Below are positions 50,725 to 64,000 of a stretch of DNA of 64,000 nt, piece by piece (position 1 is the stretch's first letter; each line of letters begins with the position of its first letter). Location of the stretch: positions 15,934,001 through 15,998,000 of the forward strand of contig OZ024745.1 in assembly GCA_964016885.1 (NCBI GenBank). The letters run 5' to 3'. The translations under genes and the position numbers were made by a program. Source of the DNA: Eledone cirrhosa (lineage: Eukaryota). The notes below the pieces were generated by a model. It was not told where the DNA came from, did not search any database, and was given only the letters and a program-made list of their open reading frames with translations.

Positions 50725-51806
50725 ATGATATCCATGATATCCATGATATCCATGATATCCATGATATCCATGATATCCATGATATCCATGATGTCCATGA
50801 TGTCCATGATGTCCATGATGTCCATGATATCCATGATATCCATGATATCCATGATATCCATGATATCCATGATGTCCATGATATCCATGATGTCCATGAT
50901 GTCCATGATATCCATGATATCCATGATATCCATGATATCCATGATATCCATGATATCCATGATGTCCATGATGTCCATGATATCCATGATATCCATGATG
51001 TCCATGATATCCATGATGTCCATGATGTCCATGATATCCATGATATCCATGATATCCATGATGTCCATGATATCCATGATATCCATGATGTCCATGATGT
51101 CCATGATGTCCATGATATCCATGATATCCATGATGTCCATGATATCCATGATATCCATGATGTCCATGATGTCCATGATGTCCATGATATCCATGATGTC
51201 CATGATATCCATGATGTCCATGATATCCATGATGTCCATGATATCCATGATGTCCATGATGTCCATGATGTCCATGATATCCATGATGTCCATGATATCC
51301 ATGATGTCCATGATGTCCATGATATCCATGATATCCATGATATCCATGATATCCATGATATCCATGATGTCCATGATGTCCATGATATCCATGATGTCCA
51401 TGATGTCCATGATATCCATGATATCCATGATGTCCATGATGTCCATGATATCCATGATGTCCATGATGTCCATGATATCCATGATGTCCATGATGTCCAT
51501 CATGTCCATGATGTCCATGATATCCATGATGTCCATGATGTCCATGATATCCATGATATCCATGATATCCATGATGTCCATGATGTCCATGATATCCATG
51601 ATGTCCATGATATCCATGATGTCCATGATATCCATGATGTCCATGATATCCATGATATCCATGATATCCATGATGTCCATGATATCCATGATATCCATGA
51701 TATCCATGATGTCCATGATATCCATGATATTCATGATATCCATGATATCTATGATGTCCATGATATCTATGATATCCATGATATCCATGATATCCATGAT
51801 ATCCAT
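50724..51806. repeat. Second 9-bp satellite array, ~120 copies
   Basis: Same monomers and same rare-variant terminal block as the first array. Confidence 0.97.
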
Positions 51807-52394
51807 GAGCCCGATTGGTCAAGCTTGGGGATCCAGCTGTATCAATTGGAGAAGCCGCTGTTTTGAATGTGTTTTGGTGAAATGTTAAAGAGAGTGGGAC
51901 CAGTTGAGGTGACATAATTGTGGCGAAATGTTGTTATGAGACACGAGACGGTATTAGAAAGTTTCCACAATAGGTCATATCATTTTACAACGATACTCTA
52001 ACATGTATTTCATTTATTATTAATAGTTCACCGTAATCCTCTTCGAAATCATTCCTACGTTGACATGTAGAGTATTCTAAGCCAGGTCTTTCAGTGCAAG
52101 TGTCTCTTGAATGCCCCCCCCCCCTCCCGCCACGTACACGTTAGTTTCACCAGCAGGCAGTTCCGTTGATTGAATAACATGGAGAACTCCGATATACTAG
52201 TACAATAACATATTTGCTATTATAACAAGCAGAGCTGTCCCTGTTGAGAATAACTCTAATTGGATCACAGCAAATATCTATAATACAGATGTGCGCTAAA
52301 TATAAATAGTACAGGACATCACTACAGTCTGGACATACAGGAAATATCGCCATTGATAACTAACTATAATGTATTGGCCCCACAGATTACTCAT

Positions 52395-52530
52395 TTTGCC
52401 TGTGGGCATGTGGTTAGAATGTCTAAGGAAAGAAGCGCTGGAACCATTTTAGGGGCAAGAGACCCAGGGTAGACCCCGAGCAGGATGGTTGGATAACATC
52501 AATGAGCTTGGTTGGTCTCTTACATTTACC
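52395..52530 (+). pseudogene. RTE-like LINE C-terminal remnant
   Basis: Translates as GHVVRMSKER...RPRAGWLDNINELGWS, resembling RTE ORF ends. Confidence 0.6.
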
Positions 52531-53249
52531 ATTTAAAGATGAATAGAAACCAAGGTGTCCGCAGGTAAATCACCCGGAGAAATAAACTATTCTTATAACA
52601 TGTGGTAACTGATCTAAATACTGGGAAAATGTCCACAATATTTACAGAAATATTTGAAATATTTTTGGTATATTCTTTCGATTTCTAATCAATGAACACA
52701 TATGCTTGTTATGCTAAAAGACATTTAGAAGCGATGCAATAGAGCATTCAATGATGAAAGACCGCATTGAAATGTACATCCAGTTAAGTAAAGCAAACAT
52801 TTTCAATTTTTTAAGACACTGAACGTAGGGTTTGGAAAACATCCAGCCTTAATGTCTTCGAAGATGAAAGAACACCTTAAATTAAGGCATTTAAAGAAAT
52901 AGAACAAATAGCTTCGATTTTTAAGACACCGCATGAAATATTTGGAAAACTGGCAGGCTTAATGTCTTTTCACAAGTCACCATCTCATGTTTAAAGGAAA
53001 ACTGAAGGTATTTTACAACATATTTTTTAACATAATAAGTAAGGAATGCCACATACAATTGAAAGGGATATATCAATACAGCAGCTGTAATATATTTATA
53101 CTGGCAGTAAAATCATTATAGCAGTTGAGTCTTTTTTTCTTCTTTTTAACTCGTAATTTCTGAGGACGTCGTATTGACATACGGCGTTTCTAGGTCAGTT
53201 TTAAACCGCGCGGAGCCCATCCCCTCTCCAGGTCTGAATATAGCAGATT

Positions 53250-53775
<526 letters not shown>

Positions 53776-53799
53776 TAGACGAAGAATCTGCCTCTGTAC

Positions 53800-53900
53800 T
53801 ACGAATGAACAAAAAGCAAAGTTGACGTCGGCGGGTTGTACTCAGAGAGCAGAGAGCCGAAGCAAATTTCACAAAGCATTCTATCTGACCACTCTACGAA
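53800..53900 (-). mobile_element. Degenerate SINE body leading into the 29-bp array
   Basis: GCAAAGTTGACGTCGGCGGGTTGTACTCAG...CAAAGCAT aligns with the SINE at 28210-28280. Confidence 0.65.
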
Positions 53901-56717
53901 TCTATCTGACGTTCTAACGACTCTACCATTCTATCTGACGCTTTAACCACTCTACCACTCTATCTGACGTTCTAACCACTCTACTATTCTATCTGACGTT
54001 CCAACAACTCTACCATTCGATTTAACGTTCTAACCACTCTACCATTCTATCTGACCACCCTACCATTCTATCTGATGTTCTACCGACTCTACCATTCTAT
54101 CTGACGTTCTAACCACTCTACCATTCTATCTGACGTTCTAACCACTCTACCATTCTATCTGACGTTCTAACGACTCTACCATTTTATCTGACGTTCTAAT
54201 CACTCTGCCATTCTATCTGACGTTCTAACCACTCTACCATTCTATCTGACGTTTCAACGACTCTACCATTCTATCTGACGTTCTAACCACTCTACCATTC
54301 TATTTGACGTTCTAACCACTCTACCATTCTATCTGACGTTCAACGACTCTACCATTCTATCTAACGCCCTAATCACTCTACCATTTTATCTGACGTTCTA
54401 ACAGCTCTGCCATTCTATCTGACGTTCTAATCATTCTACCATTCTATCTGACGTTCTAACAACTCTGCCATTCTATCTAACGTTCTAACAACTCTGCCAT
54501 TTTATCTGAGGTTCTAACCACTCTACCATTCTATCTGACGTTCTAACAACTCTGCCATTCTATCTGACGTTCTAACGACTCTATCATTCTATCTGACGTT
54601 CCAACGACTCTGTCATTCTATCTGACGTTCTAACCACTCTACCATTCTATTTGACCACTCTACCATTCTATTTGATGTTCTACCGACTCTAGCATTCTAT
54701 CTGACGTTCTAACCACTCTACCATTCTATCTGACGTGCTAACAACTCTGTCATTCTATCTAACGTTCTAACAACTCTCCCATTTTATCTGACGTTCTAAC
54801 AACTCTACAATTCTATCTGACGTTCTAACGACTCTACCATTCTATCTGACGTTCTAACCACTCTACCATTCTATCTGACGTTCTAACGACTCTGCCATTC
54901 TATCTGACGTTCTAACGACTCTGCCATTCTATCTGACGTTCTAACCACTCTACCATTCTCTCTGACGTTCAACGACTCTACCATTCTATCTGACGTTCTA
55001 ACCACTCTACCATTCTATCTGACGTTCTAACGACTCTGCCATTCTATCTAACGTTCTAACAACTCTGCCATTTTATCTGACGTTCTAACAACTCTACCAT
55101 TCTATCTAACGTTCTAACAACTCTGCCATTTTATCTGACGTTCTAACGACTCTACCATTCTATTGACGTTCTAACGACTCTGCCATTTTATCTGACGTTC
55201 TAACGACTCTGCCATTCTATCTGACGTTCTAACGACTCTACCATTCTATCTGACGTTCAACGACTCTACCATTCTATCTGACGTTCTAACCACTCTACCA
55301 TTCTATCTGACGTTCCAACGACTCTTCTCATCATATCTGACGTTCTAACCACTCTACCATTCTATCTGACCACTCTACCATTCTATCTGATGTTCTACCG
55401 ACTCTAGCATTCTATCTGACGTTCTAACCACTCTACCATTCTATCTGACGTTCTAACCACTCTACCATTCTATCTGACGTTCAACGACTCTGCCATTCTA
55501 TCTGACGTTCTAACCACTCTACCATTCTATCTGACGTTCCAACGACTCTTCTCATCATATCTGACGTTCTAACCACTCTACCATTCTATCTGACCACTCT
55601 ACCATTCTATCTGATGTTCTACCGACTCTAGCATTCTATCTGACGTTCTAACCACTCTACCATTCTCTCTGACGTTCAACGACTCTACCATTCTATCTGA
55701 CGTTCTAACCACTCTACCATTCTATCTGACGTTCTAACGACTCTGCCATTCTATCTAACGTTCTAACAACTCTGCCATTTTATCTGACGTTCTAACAACT
55801 CTGCCATTCTATCTGACGTCATAAAGACTCTACCATTCTATCTCACGTTCTAACGACTCTACCATTCTATTGACGTTCTAACGACTCTGCCATTTTATCT
55901 GACGTTCTAACGACTCTGCCATTCTATCTGACGTTCTAACGACTCTACCATTCTATCTGACGTTCAACGACTCTACCATTCTATCTGACGTTCTAACCAC
56001 TCTACCATTCTATCTGACGTTCCAACGACTCTTCTCATCATATCTGACGTTCTAACCACTCTACCATTCTATCTGACCACTCTACCATTCTATCTGATGT
56101 TCTACCGACTCTAGCATTCTATCTGACGTTCTAACCACTCTACCATTCTATCTGACGTTCTAACCACTCTACCATTCTATCTGACGTTCAACGACTCTGC
56201 CATTCTATCTGACGTTCTAACCACTCTACCATTCTATCTGACGTTCCAACGACTCTTCTCATCATATCTGACGTTCTAACCACTCTACCATTCTATCTGA
56301 CCACTCTACCATTCTATCTGATGTTCTACCGACTCTAGCATTCTATCTGACGTTCTAACCACTCTACCATTCTCTCTGACGTTCAACGACTCTACCATTC
56401 TATCTGACGTTCTAACCACTCTACCATTCTATCTGACGTTCTAACAACTCTGCCATTCTATCTGACGTTCTAACCACTCTACCATTCTATCTGACCACTC
56501 TACCATTCTATCTGACGTTCTAACCACTCTACCATTCCATCTGACGTTCCAATGACTCTGTCATTCTATCTGATGTTCTAACCACTCTACCATTCTATCT
56601 GACGTTCCAACGACTCTATCATTCTATCTGACGTTTTAACCACTCTACCATTCTTACTGACGTTCTAACGACTCTGCCATTCTATCTGACGTACTAACAA
56701 CTCTGCCATTCTATCTA
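53878..56717. repeat. 29-bp satellite (TCTGACGTTCTAACSACTCTRCCATTCTA), ~100 copies
   Basis: Direct repeat; marker variant CTTCTCATCAT at 55324, 55548, 56031 and 56255. Confidence 0.95.
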
Positions 56718-58539
56718 AAAAAACCCACTAGTCCTCATAATAACATTACGATAGTTACTTGTATCCCAGCCAAGGGATAGGTGTATTCATACGCACCCAT
56801 GGGAGCACAATTAACTTTGTATGTATACTAGTGTATACACATACAAGAACAGACACACATACACACACACGCGCGCACACACATACACGCACGCGCACAC
56901 ACACAAACACACACACACACGCACACACACACACATACACACACACACACACAGAGGTGGTGTCGATCATTTGGCGATACAGAGAAAGGAAGGCAGGGGC
57001 ACGTGCATGCATGTCACCATGCCCCATACCATAGCATGGCCGTACGAGTTACCACATGGCATCATCTACAACGTTACAACAGTATAATCACAACCATAGC
57101 TCGTTAATTGGTTCCAAAGTCAAGACTTAAGTCGAAAAACGATGATAAATTACCTCCCTTCACCTATAAATCACTAATAAGCATTCCCTACATTACTTTA
57201 TGTTGTATATTTTAGGATTTATTTAAATGTAATTTTATATGTTTTTATTGGTTTTTAAAGTGGTTTTTATGGTTTAATATTCTTGGGAAACCGATGTAAT
57301 GTTGAGTCAATCGAGGTTTATTTTTTGCCATATAATATTAAGGAAAAGCCACTGTAACTTCGAAAATAATGAGACTTGAAACGACATAAGCCGAGGTATA
57401 CCTGTAATGATATAAAAAAACAGAGATGAAGTTACATCATTATATCTCCTCCACGTGTTTCCATGATTGTGCTCACTATCAGGTCTTTCATAAGATTGTG
57501 CTGAATTGTATAATTGCGATAATAATATACGACACTTAATTCGAAATATATTCGCTTCCCAAAGAAAATTTTGCAAGTGATTTTAGTGATAGCAATACAT
57601 GTCGTTATATATATCATCCTGGCCACCCCTGGTACACATATCATTAAGTAGTTGGCAGTAAAAGAATGAAGGAACATAATATAAAAAAAAAGAAAAGCGA
57701 AGTAACAGTAAGAAATAATGAATGTATCATATAGCAAGAGTATATACCAAAAGGGGCAATAAAAAGTATTAAGGCAAGGACACCTTGATTTGGCGTCAAA
57801 ATTCTGATTTTGCATGACAAATATCTTAATATATATAAGAAAAGTATATACTGCGTGAAAGATAAAAATAATTATAAAAAAATATAAAAAGGTATCATTG
57901 GAATAAAGGTGTCGGATGACAGCAATTCGGATGTTTACAAGCCTCCAGATATTTTCGATCTGAATTATATTTTAAATAGCGGCTTACGTTCTCTTAAAAC
58001 AAATGTTAACTCTCTTTTTTTTCCCCAGCTGTCTACAGATCGGAGTCAAAATATCAAGCGACATATTGCCAGGCAGGTTCAATGTTAGGAAAACAATAAA
58101 CTGGGGCCAAAGAAAATTATTTCAATTTTTCTATCTAAGAAAATTCAACAAAGTTTGCGTATCCAAAGACCCCAAAGGAGGTCCAGAAGGGAGCGAACTT
58201 TAGTAATTGGTAATTGAAACATTATAGCCCTTACAGGTAAGGGGCAGGAACTAGTAGTTGAGGCAAGATGCTATGCTACCAGCTAGATATAGTTGGGGTT
58301 TCCTCAACAGAGTTCCATGGTTCTGGTACTGTAGATTTGGTTGGAGGATGGAAACTCCACTATTCAGGTGTGGTGTCAGAAATAACTGAACTGGTCAGAA
58401 TGTGGATATGCACAAGGTCCCGGCTGTCGTAATGTGTTATGGACTGGATCCCGTTAGGAGGGAGGTTTTGTCTCTTGAAGCTTAGGATGAAAGAAAGGCT
58501 TCTGTGGGTGGTGCAAGTTTATACGCCAAACAGAGTCTG

Positions 58540-59140
58540 AATACAGGTCCTTCCTTAATGAAGTCACTCCAGCGTTAGATGTAATTAACACTGAGTCATA
58601 TATTCTAATGGGACACTTCAATACACATATTGGCACTGACCACATGACATGGAAATAAGTGATTGAGAGGAACGACGAACCCGATCTAAATACGAATGGA
58701 GAGGCCTTATTAGACCTCTATTCTAGTAATGTTCTACCTAAAGCCAGGAAAGCTCACAAAACTGGCAAGTCCAGCTTGACCTATTGGATAAAGTGAGAAG
58801 TGCTGGCTGATAAGGAGGTCAGAACCAAGTAGAGCAAACTGTGAAAAAGGAAGGGAGACTGTTCAGTTCGGCAGTTTCTGTCTCAGTTATTAAATGCAGC
58901 GGATGAAAGCGGCTTGGTGTGGCACTGGGTGGCAGGAGGACCCGTTGGTTCAATCAAGTGGTCAAAGAAATAATCCGCACCAAAAAGGAGTCTAACACTG
59001 ACTAGCTTGGAAATGAGTCCTTCTTGTACTTGAGCTACAAGCAGCCACAAAAGGTGATAGCATAGACAGTAAAGACATCCGTGGTTAAAACATAGGAAGA
59101 CATTAGAGTTAAGCTGGTATCCAACTTCAGATCAGCAAAT
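58540..59140 (+). pseudogene. Old LINE (RTE-like) APE endonuclease remnant
   Basis: MGHFNTHIGTD..W..VI.RN..PDLNTNGEALLDL resembles the APE GDFNAHVG..N.NG..LL motif; many stops. Confidence 0.55.
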
Positions 59141-59332
59141 AAATCAATCAATCACTCAATCTTTCTTTCTATCTTTCACATACATATATATACATATACA
59201 TAGACATATATATATACATATACATATATATATACATATATATATTGATATAAAGGTATATATTGAGTTAGAAACAATTTGAACACATGTATGTTTATAT
59301 TTGTTTATTTCTTTTGTATATTCAATTATATT

Positions 59333-59413
<81 letters not shown>

Positions 59414-59416
59414 GTT

Positions 59417-59452
<36 letters not shown>

Positions 59453-60783
59453 ATATTTTGGTAGAAAATACTCTATGCTTAGGTTGAATTCTTATTACAG
59501 GTCTTTATGTTTTACTGACTTCACTTTGTTGTAGTTAACCATTGGTTATACTGACTCCGAGGAAAAGTAGGATAAATGTTGTCTAGCAGACAGAGGAATA
59601 TGATTTCATGAATATTCAACAGACCGCTTATGGTCAACTAATTAAATCATTTACAAATATTACTCCAGTTGGATTAAATTTTCCAATTTGTGTCTGTGAT
59701 TATCGATGCAGTTAGTTGTGAGCTCATCAAAGAGGATAAACTGCATCAAAGTTATTTTAGAGAAATTTGCTTTCAAATAATGGAGGATTAATTTGTAAAC
59801 TACAGAGAAAAACTCGATAAAGAGATCTGTTAAAATATAGACATGATTCCCAAAAGTTGTTTCTAATTGGAAACAACAATAAAATCTACAGAAATCACCA
59901 TTAAGCAGCATGATAGATCCTCTGTTGATTTCGACGATGAGCAACAACAGAAACAACAACAACAGCAACAACACCACCATTAAGGAAGCGACAACAACAA
60001 TAAAAGCACCATTAAGGCAACGACAGCAACAAAATCTCCATTAAGGCATTCGGTTGTCCAAATCGTGAATTAACATTACGTTTTCTTTTTTACTTTTACG
60101 ACCGTTATCGTATGTCTGCTAAAACTAAGTCTTGCTAATATCTCTGGGTATGCCATACATCATGATGATGACCTGGATACTGATGTCAATGTTGGGTACT
60201 TGCCCCTTTCTTCTAAAAAACTCTGTGTCGACTGTCCTCCCCCATTTATTTCGTTGATTAATTCTTTCTTTTTCTCCTTTCCATTTTCTTTTTTCTCCCT
60301 CCAGTACAATCAGGATATAATTGTCGAAGCAATATTTGTATAATATATTCTGGTTCTTAACATAACTGATATATAGTACAGTAACAGGTATTGCGGCTAA
60401 TTCGCTTTACGACCATTGTTCTTTGCGGTTAGTTGCTTTACGACCCATTCACTTTACACCAAATTCGTTTTAGGATCAATTCACTATACGACCTGGTCAG
60501 TGGAATGAAACCTGGTGGTTATGTGAGAATCGGCTTTCTTATTAAATAGATGCAACTTTGTCAAGAGGTAAGCATGTAATTTTAGCGAGCTGTTGTTATC
60601 AATTCTAATGGAGATTCTTGTTTTATTTTGGAAAGCTGCTTAATTGTTCATTGGAGAAATTTAAAACATGAACAGCGAAGAACAATTATGAACTCGCATA
60701 GCAATGGATGTCAAAACAAAAGGGTGTATGGTTAGACTCACTTAATTATTAAACAAAACAACAACTAAACACAGTTTTGTAAC

Positions 60784-60859
<76 letters not shown>

Positions 60860-62664
60860 CTCACATACCCATATACACTTAATGAAGGACAGTTATAATC
60901 TCACAGGGCAATGTATGGCTAAACAGAAGTGTGTGTGGGGTTAGACTCACTGAATTATTTAATAAAAAAAAAAAGACAACAGCTAAAGACAGTTTGTAGC
61001 AACACGTACACACATCCCACAATCACATACGCGCATAATTACATTCATATACATGCACACCACAGCCATCTCTGCGTCAAGCTTGTTTTCTCGTGTTCTT
61101 AACACTTAACGATACCTCTTCCTTTCACTCCCCTAATAAAGTAACCACGATTAATTGCTAGAATTATTTTCCCTGAACACTATCTCTAATTACACGTAAA
61201 CCTCTCAGATGGACTGCAATATTACAACACCCCCTCCTGCCCTGCCTCATCTCTTTAATGAACGGTGGCTCAACGTTCGTAGAAGTTGGATCAGCACAGT
61301 ACAATGTGTAGTGTTTAGAGATTAACAAGTTATAAATTTTGAATTGCATGTGAGTGTGTGTGTGTATGTGTGTGTGTGTATGTGTGTATGTGTGTATGTG
61401 TGTCTATGAGAGGGAGAGAAAGAGGGGGATAGGGAGAGAGTAAGAGAGAGTGAAAGAAAGACAGAGAGATAATGAGAAAGGGGGAAAGAGGGAAGGAGTG
61501 TGTGAAAGAGAGAGAGAGAGAGAGAGTGTGTGTGTGTGTGTGAGAGAGTGAGAGAAGAATGTGAAAGAAAGAGAGAGGGGAAAAAGAGTGTGAAATAGAG
61601 ATAGCTAGAGAGAAAAATAGTGAGAGTGTGAGAAAGGTGATGGGTTATAGGAGGAGGAGAGGGAGGGTGTTGGTAGTAAAAATTGTATGAAGAACAAATA
61701 GAAAAAAATTAATGAAGTGTTGCGGGTTCTGAAAATTTACAGCTGCTGTTTGTTTCCATTTCTTCTGGTTTTATATTTTATATTTTTTGTTAGTATTTTC
61801 CTCCGGCAATTTTTGTCATTTTGCTAGTCCCAAATTAAAATGTTACCTTTTTGTTAAAGAGAATAGGGAGTTGTGGTGAGATGGGTGGGGGTGGGGGTGG
61901 GGGGGATTAATGAGGCATTTTGACAAAATCAGCTAATTCCCATTTTCAATCCATTTCTTCCTTCCTTTTTTTGTTCTTTCCTCTTCCTGATCCCCCCCCC
62001 CCCTCCAACCATCGTCTTCACTAACCTCTAGCCTCCACAGTAATGTAGTCGACATTATTATTATTATTGCTGTTATTGACAAGTCATTGAATTGGTGGAA
62101 TCAGTAGAGCGAGCTATAAAATGGATTGGAAGAGTTGTTAGAATGACCAATCGATCGATAAGATCCCAGACCTCATTACCGAGTGGAATAGAACTCGTCA
62201 AATTGGTCCAAGGAAACAATGTTTCCATTGGTTATTCCGTTACTGATATTATCTTCCGGTCGCAACTGCTGGCAGAAACAGCAACGTGAAATAAAATGTC
62301 TTGCTCAAATACATAACGCACCACTCTGTTCGGGAATCGAACTTGTAACCCCTCTATTGCGAATCCCATTCTCTAAGCACTAAGCCACGCATCTTCACGA
62401 AATAACCAATAAAATGATGGTGGATTGGCAAAATCCGTAGAGCAGCATATAACATGTCTTCTGATATTTAGTTACTTCTCGTCACAGTCATGTGTAGATG
62501 TGTGTCCTTATGGTTAGGGAATTGACCAAGACCAAGTGATGTGCTGTGTTCTTGAACAAGCTACTTCATTCCAGGTTGATCCAGTTCATTCGCATGAAAA
62601 TTAGAATCAACACCAACTTCAAAGCATAGAAAAACAACAACAAACAAATGTAAAATGATTACTA

Positions 62665-63035
62665 CCATGTTTTTCCCTATTACAAAACAGGTCATGTTAT
62701 CCCCCCCCCCCCCGAACAAAAATAAAACACACACACTAGGACTTATTTTCGGGAAGGGCTTATGTTTTTACACAAAAAATAACAGCATAAGAGTTTTGAT
62801 AAAATTCTTATTAAATTGCTATTAAAATTACAATTAAAATAGAGAATATATATTATAGAATTAACAACAATATCATTAAAAGAATTTATTATATTAGTAA
62901 TCAGCAAGACTCTGGAAATTTGTGTTTTATATTAGTTTTTATACTATTTTTTATATTATTTTTTAAATTAATTTTTCTCGCAAAACTGCGGTAGGGCTTA
63001 TTTTTGGAGCAGGTCTTAAAATAAGGGAAACACGG
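62665..63035. mobile_element. Tc1/mariner-pogo-type MITE
   Basis: TA-CCATGTTTTTCCCTATT ... AATAAGGGAAACACGG-TA: imperfect TIRs with TA on both sides; internal GGGCTTATTTT-like repeats. Confidence 0.6.
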
Positions 63036-63039
63036 TAAC

Positions 63040-63400
63040 TCTTAACTAACTCGTTACAGTTTGACTTCAAATTTCACCGATGTCAACTTTGTCTTTCATC
63101 TTCTTAGCATCCAATAAATTAGTACCAGAGAAATATTGCTGTTCAATATAATCGATATACCCCCCCCCCCACCACCATAGGATTTATGCCTATATGAGAA
63201 ATAATAACTTTTAATTCAAACAAAAGACATTTTATGTTAAAAATAACGGGCCCTTAATTTACAAAGAAGGCCAATAATATTTGGGGTGGAGTAAGTCGAT
63301 TAAACCTAGCCTCGTATTTGACTGGTACTTTATTTCATCACATCAGGAAGGTTAAAAGACCTTGATGGGATTTGAACTCAGAACTCAGAATACAAAGGCT
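63040..63400. mobile_element. Two degenerate SINE copies in opposite orientation
   Basis: GTCAACTTTGTCTTTCATC..AGTACCAG (+) and ACTGGTACTTTATTT..GGGATTTGAACTCAG (-). Confidence 0.65.
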
Positions 63401-63584
63401 TCTAGGCTATTGGTCTAGTTCAGGGTTTCCCATCCAGGGCGATGAGCAAACTGAACAGAAATTTGTGGGCGATATTGGATTTTGAGTATTAAGAGAGTAT
63501 TTCAACATAAGCTACCAGAAACAAGAAATATTTAAAGGAGATATACAAAGAACCACACACACCGCACACACAGGAACACATACA

Positions 63585-63784
<200 letters not shown>

Positions 63785-64000
63785 TGGCTAAATGGGGATA
63801 ACGAATATTTTGTTTACCGATGGGAAGTGGAAAATTCTTCCATGTGAAAGTGGGTGATGATGCAAAAATCTTGGGAACTCCTGGTCTAGTTGAAGAGTGA
63901 AAGAACCATTTATACTAAAAGTTCTAAGTTTCTGGAGAAACATTCAGCACAAATGTGGGATACTGCCAATTGTAAAGAATGATATAAACATCTTAAAGTA

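Noticed and set aside
53878-56717. CRISPR-like array (29-bp repeats)
   Set aside because: Monomers are contiguous with no unique spacers, there are no cas genes, and the context is eukaryotic.
57080-57406. MITE ending CGAGGTATACCTG-TA
   Set aside because: Only one plausible TIR found.

Overview
Eukaryotic, AT-rich, microsatellite-dense and apparently non-genic DNA. The SINE and microsatellite make-up suggests a coleoid cephalopod such as octopus (inference). No host protein-coding gene can be supported. 1-20 kb is a pile of microsatellite-associated non-LTR retrotransposons. It holds an apparently intact Tx1-like element (ORF1 zinc knuckle, APE-RT ORF2) with stacked relatives ending in (CTAT)n or (ATT)n, and two families of R4/Dong-like RT-RLE elements in (TAA)n, one with an intact 1216-aa ORF. 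24-32 kb has RTE-derived (TATG)n-tailed elements, tandem repeats, SINEs and a head-to-tail Helitron train. 33-45 kb has a truncated Penelope-like element (RT + GIY-YIG) and several ORF-less fold-back elements in (TA)n that carry minimal hammerhead ribozyme motifs, one of them near-canonical and present twice. 45-57 kb holds large tandem arrays (a dimorphic 9-mer and a 29-mer) that visibly grew out of LINE and SINE remnants. All calls come from reading the sequence; no searches were run.
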